Source of the DNA: Raillietiella orientalis
Taxonomy: Eukaryota
DNA: 64,000 nt
Reading direction: 5' to 3'
NCBI GenBank assembly: GCA_036172245.1
Contig: JAYWIR010000020.1
Coordinates: forward strand, 1,488,001 to 1,552,000
Below, piece after piece: positions 1 through 10,400 of this stretch (positions are counted from its first letter, which is position 1; each line of letters opens with the position of its first letter). Under the pieces are notes generated by a model that was not told where the DNA came from, did no database searches, and saw nothing but the letters and a program-made list of their open reading frames with translations. The position numbers were made by a program, and so were the translations under genes.

Positions 1-299
1 TGCTGAAGAGCAGTCAGCGAAGGGCGTCCCGTAGCCACGGGCCGTGCACGAGAAGGTTGCAGTTTTCGGTCATCCCTGATGTCATCTTTTGAACTGCCTC
101 TGGGTTACGTCACCTTTTCGAAGCCCATTATTCCGGATCCAGATGCGGATGGGAAGACGAAGGGTCGAAAAGACGGGCTGCACTTTCTGCTTCGGGACAT
201 CCCCAGGGTCGACCCATGCAGGGGGACCGTGGGACCAAAACTTGGGACCAGAGGGGATGCAGACAAGCGTCACCTTTCCTCTGTATGCAGGCGGGATCA

Positions 300-1480
300 G
301 GTGCCGGAAACAGTTTGAAAGCTCTCCCTGGATTTCTCCTCAGAGGGTGCTCCCAGCTTGGTTAGGATGCATCTCATCCGGGATGCACCGTTGGCCTCCA
401 AGGATTCAGTTCGGTCGAGGCCTTCTCCACACCAAACCTGCGGTTCCTACTTGAGAAAACAGCTTGCCTTTGTCCAGCGTCTTCCTCTCTCCTCAATGGA
501 AGACGGGAGCTCATCTTCCGTTTGCGGAACCCAATTCGAAACCTTGCCCCATCAAGGCAGCTCATATCTGATTGGTCGCCCACTGAGAGCGATGATGCCA
601 CGTTCTTGAAATCATCGTGCGATCCCTCTAAAGCGTCTCGCAGGAGATGAGCAGCTCTGTCTCATTTTTTTGGTCTTTCTCTCCTGCATGATCAGGGATG
701 AACACTGGTAATAAGAAATCTCAATCATGGATTGAGTGGGCCCGAAAGTCCCATTCGCTCCGCAAGGTTTCACTCGGATCCCTTTTTCGTCCGCCAAGAA
801 AGCGAGGCGGCGCCCAGCGGCGCGTTTCGAAGCCACCGTGGGAGCCTTCTGGTCGGTATGAAGTGGTGGGATAGTCGCCTCTCCCCTCCCAGAAAACGGG
901 GGCAGAGTGTGCGACATCTCCCTTCAAAGCGGATGCAGAGCGCAGTGCTGCGGGACACCCTGCGTCCTCAGTGAGCTTCGTCGCGCCAGCCGTCCTTCGA
1001 AACACGAGGTGCGCCCACGTGCCTCGCCTCGCCGTCACCGCTGCCTCGGCTCCACGGCAACTCACCTCCCTAACTCGAGAAGGAGACCCCACTCCAGACA
1101 GCACGGCTGCCGCTGGAAACCCGCTCACCCGATGAACCCTCGCGCCTTAACGACGAGTGTCCTTAGGGATTCGAGGACCCCTTTCTCCTGATCCTTCAGC
1201 TTTCGGCCACGGCTCGTAACTCTCCGATTTCATCCAGGAGCACGTGCTCCTGCCAACCAAAAGCCTACAGCAGCATTCCCCGTCTGCGTCCAAGGAGTTT
1301 TGTATCCACGAAACGCTGCTGGCAATGTTGACCTTTGCAATTCCCGTTTTGTTCTTCCGTTAGGTCGGAGAAGGAGGCATCACCGAGGTGTCAACCCTTC
1401 ACTTGAACGACTGCTCACTTGGACTGTCCTCGGACAGGACACTCCTTAGAAGGCTGACTAAAGTACGCAAGGACGGAATC
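300..1480 (-). mobile_element. Decayed non-LTR (RTE-like) RT relic; boundaries approximate
   Basis: Ordered frameshifted motifs: ECCCRLLVGRST (~ESQCGFRxGRST), AGCPAAL (~QGCxLAP), LAFLADE (~LFADD), RKTKKMRQ, KASCFLK*EPQVW. Confidence 0.55.
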
Positions 1481-2109
1481 ACCTTTTGTTCGAGCAGGCG
1501 GTGGTGCGGCTGCGGCCCCTGTGAGCGGCACCGAGCGTTTGCGGGTTTGAATCCCGCCCGTGGAAGGATCGATACCAAGAAATGGGTGAGTCGTGGGTTC
1601 GAGTTCCTTCCGTAAGGTAACGCTGGTCGGCCTGAGGAATTAGGGTGCAGCACTGATGGGAGCCGGACGCCCCGCTGACTGGCCTCCGGGATTGAAAGTG
1701 GACCCTCCGTGGTCCTTCCAGGAGGCAAGGAGCCCTTCGGAGTTGTTCCCCTCCGACTGAGAAAAACGAGCCGCTCCACGAAGCTAGTTGATAACCCCCT
1801 CGGGGTTTGCCTCTCCAGAGTGCAAGAAGCGCGTTGCTCCCTTCGTGGAGGGCCCATCAGAGAAATTGGGAAGCGTCTCTTCGAGTTTTCTTCAGAGGAA
1901 ACAGGAAGCGGATCCCTTGCGGGTGCCCTCCGGAGAAGAAATTCCAAGAGCCAATTTTGTCTTTGCTGCTTTCCTTCCGGCTTTTTTTTTTCTTTTTTCT
2001 GGGTTTCCTTTTTTTTTTTTTTTGGTTTCCTGAGCACCTGAAGAACCGTCGCGTGCCTGACAGCTTTTTAGCAGTGCTCCACGCCGCCCGAGGGTGCGTG
2101 TCAACTCTT

Positions 2110-3750
2110 CAAGTTAGGGGTGCCCCGGGAGGGGACCACCCTATGAGTCCAGGTAGGGCTCCAGAGAAGGGAGTCCGTTCCTTTCGCGTCTGAGAGAGGA
2201 CCCCGAAGGGAACCCTGCATCCTGGTTGTCTCCGAAGGAGGCCTCCGGCGTGGTGAGCCGTCCCCAAGGAGGCGAGCGGTTCTTCGGTGCTAGGCGAAAC
2301 CAAAAGAAGAAAAGCGCCCGTCAGCTCGGCAGCCCCAGGGCAATCGCTGTGAGCATCTCTTCACCATCATTATTTCTAGTAGAGAAAGCGCGCAGCAAAC
2401 CTTTCGGGAAGGAAGACAGAGCTTCTTCCTTCCGGGACCAGGATTCCAGAGCTCCCGAAGGAATTCGATCAATACATGAGCGATGGTCGAGAGAGCACCA
2501 GAGCTCCTCCCGATTTGCAGAAACGCCTTCGGCGTTTTCTTTCGCCCGGGGGCGATCCCTCTTGAGGGAGCGGAAGGAGGGAGAAGGTCGAAGGAGGCCG
2601 GAAGGCAAGTTCATGAATCTGCACGATGCGAAAAGTTGGAGGTCACGCGCGGGATGACCTCACCTGAGTGGCCCAGGAGCTGCGCGCCAGAGGGACGACG
2701 GGAGCTCGCTGGCACGCCACTCGGGGATGCTGGGAGGTGCTCAGGGCACTGGGCGAGCTCGACGCGGGGACGAGACGGCACAGGTGGGGTTACGCTCGCC
2801 GTCGTCCGCGAGCGCCGGTCGGAGGAAAGTCGCCAGTCCGAGATGAGGGAAGGGGGCAGCACCGCGCCGCCTGTAAGCCTCCCGGCCTGACCGATGACCT
2901 GGAGCCGCAAGGACGGGCGAGCGACCTGCCCCGCATGACAGCCGCTACGTCGTTCAACTGTGCGTGCGTCCGAGAGGCGTCTGCTCCCTGCCAGCCGTCC
3001 CGAGGGGATGGGTGGGAGCGGCCCTTCCCGCTATCCAGCTTCCGATCCCTCGTGCAAGGAAGCCGCCCGCCAGCAGGGAAGCCCGGAGGCGGAGTCAGAC
3101 TCGACAGGAAACTCCTGCCGGGCACCCGGGAGAGAAAGAACGTTGCAGGGAAAGCCGGCGGCGTCCCGGGTCCTCTCGGTTCTCACAAATGAGCTCAACG
3201 AGGCCGGGCCATCACAGGTGCCCTCCCGCTCCGGGAGATGTGGATGCTGCGCCTTGCAAGCTGGAAGAGGCTCTCAGGCGGAGGGGTCGTGCCCCCTGTA
3301 GGAGATAGGAAGCCGCTGGAAGAAGCAGCAGCCCACCCTCATCACGAAACCCTCACCAGGTACGTCCGGAAGCAGAGATCGATCATCCCCCAGCATCCGG
3401 AAGGAACAGGTGACCTGGGATTCCCGGAGGGTGCGTAGGATCCGGGGGGATCGGTTTCTGCAGAGTCTGAGGCAACCGCCAGGTAGCCGGGGGGGAGGAC
3501 CCTCCCAGAGAGCGCTGCCAGAGGTCCGGGACGCCAGCACCACCCGTGGGGAGCAGCCACCTTTCCGCTGCCGCTTCCCTAGAAACGTCCTCAGCCTGCC
3601 GCCTGGGAAACGAAAGACCTCCTTTCTCCCTCCCGGCACACTTCAGGGTGCTCCTGGAAGTGCGCCATTGGCGTAAGGCCTGTTGGATGACGGGCGGAAG
3701 CTCAGGAGTTCCCGCCCAAGGACTCGCCGGCTTTTCTGCCACGACTGGAA
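2110..3750 (+). mobile_element. Decayed RTE-like RT relic, GC-rich; boundaries approximate
   Basis: APGGDHP (~APGxDGIP), PRAIAVS (~YRxIxLL), IRSIHER (~LRQIxEK), FMNLHDA (~FIDLxKA), FRCRFPRNVL (~FxxRCLRxIL) in order. Confidence 0.42.
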
Positions 3751-3925
3751 AAGGTGACTCCCTCCGGGGTGGAGAGGTCACTCCCTCCAGGGACCTCTGT
3801 TCTCGGAAATCCTCGCCCCCGCGCCCTTACAAAGCGCCGCACTACCTGGGGAGCGAATCCGGAAGAGGCGAATCTCTCCAGCACATCCCCCCGAGGGCAA
3901 AAGGCGGCGTCGAGACGAATCCGAA

Positions 3926-3931
3926 TTTATT
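3926..3931 (-). terminator. Candidate polyadenylation signal AATAAA of tensin
   Basis: tttatt on the plus strand, about 390 nt past the stop codon. Confidence 0.6.
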
Positions 3932-4316
3932 GATCTCTCAAATGCGGTGCGAACCGGCGTGTCCCGGGGAGCGCGCCCGCTCTCCCGCCCTCCTCGCGGG
4001 AGACGGGACGCGCTGCGGGGTGGTCCAACGCGCGCCTTGTCGAGGAGAGCACCATTTCGATTCTTCCGGCGGAAACATGGAAACCACAGATCCACAGCAT
4101 CCTTCTGTACAGGCGGGAAGATGTGGCGCGGAGGAAGGCCATCATCCCGAAGCGGCAAACAAATATTTAAACGGCAAGCAGTCGGGAAGGGTCGAAAGGG
4201 GGGGAGGAGGAGGGGCAAGCACGAGCCACCGCCAGCAGCAACAGCAGCAGCAGGGAAGAAGCAGGTCCAGAGGAGGAAGATGGCGGGGGTGGATGGAAGA
4301 GCGACACTCCCGCGAT

Positions 4317-4461
4317 TCATCCCATCTTGTTGGACAGGACAATCTCTTGGACCAAGCGGATGATCTCCCCGGCTGGTTCCTTGGCGCTCATCTCGGCGAA
4401 GACGTGGCACTGGTTCTCGGTAGGGTTGTTGCGGCGCTTGGCAACGAACCCGAAGCATCGG
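4317..4461 (-). CDS. tns: Tensin last coding exon (RCFGFVAKRRNNPTENQCHVFAE...LSNKMG*)
   Basis: FGFVAK and NxCHxFAE motifs; TGA at 4317-4319. Confidence 0.94.
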
Positions 4462-7400
4462 CTGAGGAGAGAAGGGAAGAAGGAAGTGAGATAGGAAGAC
4501 CTTCAATGACCCACCCGATACTCCTCTCCCCCCTTATCGTTTGGAAGACCCTACTCACTGGACGCTAACGGGGATGCCATTCTCGTCCCGCCTGCTCCAC
4601 GACCTTTCGTCCGGGTCGAATCCGCAATGGCTGATGCTTTGGGAAGGATACTGCCTCCTAAAAAATGCGCGGGGGTCGCGATCTTGATGTCAGGATGTCC
4701 CTCTCCACTCCGCGGCCTACCTGAAGAACAGTTTTCGCTCGTTGTCTGTCAGCACGATGCCGAGAAGGTTGATCTTGAACTGGACCACGGTGGCGTCTGG
4801 CAGAGGCCTCTGGAGGAACAAAGAGTTGACCGTCTTCCAGATGGCCTGAGGCCCGGTCAGTGACTCCGTGTCCATGGTGTACAGGTAAAGCACGTTGCAG
4901 ACTGGACCGCCGGAAGGGAGCGGATCGCCGGAGGGCATCGTACTACAACACTCACATGCTTCCTCCTTCGCGCCGGAGGTTCTCCCGCCGTCTACGTTGT
5001 CCACGGACGCCGTCTCGGTCAGATCAGCCTTCGGGATGATCAGCTTGCACGGTAGGTAGATGGGGGTCAGGGAGTGCTGGTAGACCAAGGCGGACAGGGA
5101 TCCTGCAAAGGGACGCGGCGCGATGTGGAGTCACGTTTCTCGCGGGGCAGAGGTGCAGAGGGAGAGCGGAGGAACGGGTGAGTAAGGACAGCAGCGTACC
5201 GAAAACGGGCTCGCTCGAGGATCCCCGCAGGCGGACCCCCTTCTTGGTCAGCTCGATGAGATAGTGCCGGATGAGCTCGCTCTCCGGGTCTTCAGTCGTC
5301 TTCAGCTGCTGCGCGCCGGAGGGGGGGCGCGAGACCTTTACCGCCAGCCCGTAGCATCCGGGATATGAAGTGGAGTCCCGGACGAGGAAGGTGCCCTCCG
5401 GCTTGTTCTTAAGCAGGCTGACTGCTGCGGAGGGAGGAATTCCCGTTCATTTCTCCTGAGGCCAGCCACCCTTTTCGCGGCCTCTTTACCTTCGTCCCTG
5501 GAGATCTTCGGCTTGTACCAGAACTTGGAGACGTCCTTGACGAAGATCGGGTGGCTGAAGATCACTTCCGGGAACGAGTCATTGAGGAAGGACGACCTGG
5601 AGCTTCCGATGTAGACGGTCGGCGACATCTGGCCGTTCGCAAGGAGTGACTGGTCGCCGCCGTCGGTCAGGAGAGAACGACTCATTATGCCGGGTGATAA
5701 CGATCCTTCTTTCCTGAGGGAGGAAAGGATGAGGCCCTCCTTGAAAGACCGGAGGCGGGGAGATCGGACAGGGATGAAGCTGGGGAGGAGGCAAAGAAGC
5801 AGAGGGTTCCGGTGAGCGCGATGCAGGGATGGAGGAAGCCTCGCACGAAGGCGAGGGGTCGGATGGAAGGCGGACGGCTGAGCCCCTCTGAGGGTCTCCC
5901 CATCAGAATGCGCCGCCGATGCGGACGCCCACGCCGTCTCCTCCTCTTCCTCCTCCTGTGTTCGCGTCCCGCGGAAGCTCCCCGTTCCGCTGACGCGACC
6001 GGAAGGACTTCCGCCTTTCTCCGGGAGCTCCTCGTCTTCCGAGTACCCGAGCCCGCGACGGCGCTACGGCGGCAGCAGGGGCGAACCGCTCTAAAGATAC
6101 TCTTAAGCTTTCCCTCCCAGCTTCTCTTTGAGTCGCCCTCGGGTCCCACTCCCTAGTGTCCACCTTCTCCGTATCCTTGACCAAGGGCTCTGCGTGTCTT
6201 TCTCTCGGCAGGTTCGGAGCAGTTGCGGACCGCTGCCGAAACAGCCACCGACCGAACGGCCGGTGCGTCGGCAGGAAGCGAGTGCCCCCCAACCACTCAT
6301 CTTATGTAGCGATGGCCGCTCGGGAGCGCAAGACACTTACCCGGGGCTCACAGGGCCGTCCGATGAACCAAACAGCTTACTGGGACGGGAGCAGACCTGC
6401 TGCAGGCGAGGGCTGGCGGCGTTCTGGGGCATGTCCACGCATCCTTCGTCTCCGCTGAACGAGCAGCGCTGAGGAGAGACCACGGGGCTTTTCAAAGGGG
6501 CAGGCAAGTCGTGAGTGCCGGGAGAGCTCCGGGGGGGTTAGTGAAAGCGCCAGACGTGGGACCGAGCAGTGTCGCCACCGGCACCCGCAAGCCGTGCGTT
6601 GCACAGAGCGGCGGGGATGGGCCATCTGGTCGCCGGCACGAGGAAGCCTTGCAGGAGGGGCCACGCCCGAGTGCTTCCCGGGAAAAACCGTCAATAGAGA
6701 GGATGCGGCTTTCCGCGTGTGGAAGAGGCGAGAGGTGGACGAGCGGCGCATCGCGCGCACAGGCGTGCGGTGGCCCACTGCTCAGCCGCCGCCACGCAGC
6801 GGCAGCGCCACAAGCGGCCGCCGGCAGTTCTCTTTCCTCCTCCATTTTGCGCCCCCGTCCTCCTCCCCTCCCGCCCTCCTCCATCCCGAGAGCGCGCAAT
6901 CGCTCTCGCCCGCCGGAAGCGGGAGGCGGAGCGAAAAGCGCGAGCGGGAGCGAAGCCAAGCGTCCTGGAAGGGTCTCGCGACGGAGGGAGGAAGGCTGGC
7001 ACGGGCTTCTTACCGACTGCTGCTGCTCGCTGTAAACGGGCACCAGCAAGCCCTCGGAGGTGCGAGCGTAGCTGGGAGCGCCTTGGTGGACGGCGGCGGG
7101 GTCCGCCCTCGGAATGCTTCCGTCGTGCTTCTGGAAGAGATCTTATAGCACTCGTTTCACGGTCGCCGCAGCAGCCGCCTGAAGTCAGAGGCGATCCATG
7201 AGCTTCGCGGCCAGAAACACGGCGATGCTCCGCCAGGAAAGCGCGTGTGCGCGCGCGCGCGCATCATGAAAAAAAAATTAAGAAGAAAAGCAAAAAAAGG
7301 GGGAACTTGCAATGCCTGCGTTTTAGAGAAAGAGGTTTGGCCGCCGCGCGCACGCGACTAAGAGAGACGCACGCGGGGACGCCAGTCATGCAAGACTGCG

Positions 7401-10400
7401 TGATCGGCAGCCCATCGTGCCCTCTCGGCAAGAGGGCGAAGGGAAGGCGAAACTCGTGCAGGAACTCCCGAGGTGGCAACACGATCTTTCGGGGCGGCGA
7501 AGCCGCCACCACCACCCGGGTGGTTTGCCCGGCGCACGCGGCAGAGGGACTTCGGAGCGCTCACCTGGGGGTCGTGCTTCGACCTCTGCGGGCTACTGAA
7601 TTCGTAGGATTTTTTCACTGCCACGAAAGGTCGATCGCGGGAAGTTTCCGGGACCGCTCGGAGCACCGGCCTCATCGGGCTGCTGCCTCCCGAGTAGCCG
7701 CCGCCGCCGCCGTCGTAGCTCGCGGTCTCCCGAAGGTGCGCCGGAGACGATTTCAGGAAGGGATCCGTCTTCCGGAGTTCGTTCTTGTCGCTGCAGGCGT
7801 TTTCGTACAGAGAGGTGTTGACGTGGAGAGGCACGTGGTACTTGTGTCTCAGGAAGACCTCCTCGTCGTCTACAGTGGGAGGGGCGTCGCTCGGCGAGCC
7901 GGCGTCTTCGGGACGGCCGCGCTGCTTCTGGGCCAGGCGCAGCTCGGACATCAGCTGCTCCTCGTGAGGACTGCGGAAGCTGGCGCATCTCCGATCCTGC
8001 AGCTTCTGCTTCTGCTTCTGCAGCCAGTCGGAAGTGCTGCTCCCAGTGCTCGAAAGGCTCCTGGAGGTGCCGGAAAGACAAGACTTGTTAGCCGCTGGCC
8101 ATCGCAGTAAAACTCGAGGGCGCCGAAAGAGGCGACAGGATCGGAGGTTGCAGGTGAATTCTGCCCTCTGGAAACGGTGGAGCTGTCCCCGCTCCCCAGC
8201 AACAAGCGCCCGCGTTCCGCTGTCGCTTCGCCGCTCCTCACTTTCCCGAGAGGGAAGAGGAACAAGAGAAAGGAAGAAACCCTCTCGTGCGGTCAGCGCC
8301 ATCGGCTCGAGGAGTGCGAACAGTTGGGACTCTTCCCAGAGATCTTCCAAGGCCTTTCCGTGTCCGTGGCCTCCACTTTCGAAGAAAAACAGGAACAAGA
8401 AAAGAGGACTCTCGCGTTCATCCATGAAAGTGATCATGGGCGTCCCGCAGTGACGCGGGAGACGATGAGGGAGGAGGATCTCCCAACTCAGGGACGGTCC
8501 AGGAACCCTATTCCTACCTCCCCGTCCCCATCGCACGCAGTGTAGGGAAAGTGCCAGCAATTCGTTGCTTCTTGAGCTCGCCGCTGGTCTTTCTTTGTAA
8601 GAACCCGTTGGTGGCATTCTGCTGCCGGACTTGCTCTTGGAGCATCCGGCGAGACGAGACGGCGAGAAGGCTTGGGAGACCCAGGGAAACCGGCACTTCC
8701 TACCAGTGCCTCCCAAACCTTTTTAGGGAGAGGGGAGTCTGGACTTCGGGATCCTCAGGACATCCTCTCGGAAAGAAACGCGGGCTGCGTCGAAAATTCC
8801 GGCAAAGCGCGTAGTCATGAACCACGCGCGCGCGTACCGAGAGGAAAGAGCTTGCTTCAGATGGGCGCATTTGATTGAAGCCTCCCTCGTCCCCCCCGTC
8901 GCGTACCGCGAGCGCAAAAAACGACTTCAGCGCTCTCCCTAATCGACGGATTATCCTTTGTATCACGATGTCTGGAAGTCGCTACTTTCGAGCGCTGTCT
9001 GATGGCACAACTGCGGGACAATCAGCAAACAAGATGGCAGCAGCCTCCGTATAGTGGGCACATGCCAAAGGTGGCGCCGGAAATGTGAAAACCCGTCCGA
9101 TGAGCACAGACCCTTTGCTCAAGACTGCGAAGACTGAGCAACGAAACAGACGCTGATGTGTGGTGCGAACTCGGCGTGGACGACAGCGCACTTTGGACGG
9201 CGAAGGAGTCAGCGTACCTGCAGACAGACAAACGCAGAACAAGTCAGCAAACAACGGAGAAACACTGCGTCAGCACAGGAAAAGAAAAAATCCGTTCTTG
9301 ACTAAACACTAAGGATTCCCGGAAGACATGCGTTTCTGGCTTCGAGGAAAGCCTAGAGGCGTCCGAAAGTCACGCCAAATTCAGTCTTGGAAAGCAGGAT
9401 TCCGGGTGTGAACCTTTGAATAGATGATGCACTCTATCGACGTGATCTTGAGGAAGAATGAAGCAAGGTTTCAGCTGAGCGCAGCTGCCTGTGTTGCCGG
9501 CTGCACTTGCCCTTTTTGCGAAGCTGGAGGCCGAGGACACTTTAGGCGTTCCTTTGCTGTTTGGTATTGGCTACTGTGGCCTAGTAGGGATCTTTTTTTC
9601 TTGATGACGCAGTTCAAGATGACGACCAGTACCAGTCCCACAGATAATATTGGAAAATGATACGGTTTCTTCCACCAGGGCACTCCTCCGCATGCCAGAG
9701 AGAACAAGAAATTTCGAAAATAGCACCTTCTTTGCCAATGGCCTCGACGGAGAAGATCGGTGTGCACCACCAAACGGCTTCCCTCGGACGCGCCACCTGT
9801 TGACACTTCCCGTAAAGCGTGCCATCGTATACGGAAAATAAGAATTTCGCAGAAGCACACTTCTGCGAAAGTCCATCCACTGGGAAGGGTCCTCGAAATG
9901 CACGCGCCACAGGTCCCCTAGATGTGACTTTCTTCTTGTCTTTCTGCTGCCGGTCAGGGCGTTGAAGCAAGCGATTTCCTGTTTCCAGAGCCTGCTGCAG
10001 CGACACCTTTTGCTTTTCGAGAGCAACAGGTACCAAGATCACGAATGCTGCGCGACGCGAGAGCGAGAGCCACCCTTACACACACGCAGAACGCTCGCAT
10101 CCTCGAGGCTTTCCTCGAGGTCGGAAAAACTTACCCGCACCTCCTTTATGAGCGTCTTCAGAAGGTTTGCACGCACTCTCCTCTGGATTGTATCAGTGCG
10201 CTTCGTAAAGTGCTGGGAGGCATTGCTGGCTGTCCGCAGACACCGAATCGGCGAATGCCAACGCGCTCTGAGCCCACGCGCTTCACAGATCGCACAACCA
10301 CCCGGATGTTTTCCGATGAAAAAGGCAGTTTGGATCTTGCACCTTGCTTTTTTCCTGGAAGACGTCCGATCCACCGAAAGGGCGAAGATGTGTGTGTCGC

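Noticed and set aside
1495..1610. tRNA T-arm/B-box-like hairpin GCGGG-TTTGAAT-CCCGC (1541-1557) and GGTTCGAG near 1596
   Set aside because: No cloverleaf can be folded and no second copy was seen; at most a SINE remnant. tRNAscan-SE or Dfam would settle it.
3302..3359. Plus-strand exon-like unit (ctgtag ... CAG|gtacgt) suggesting a convergent neighbouring gene
   Set aside because: No partner exons or domain found; it lies inside a putative RT relic.
3546..4568. 340-aa plus-strand ORF with polyQ
   Set aside because: Shadow of the tensin last exon and 3' UTR; the polyQ is the CAG repeat.
9100..9240. Strong minus-strand acceptor followed by RYADS, as a tensin exon or group II RT motif
   Set aside because: No convincing phase-2 donor, and it lies in the post-RT part of a LINE relic.
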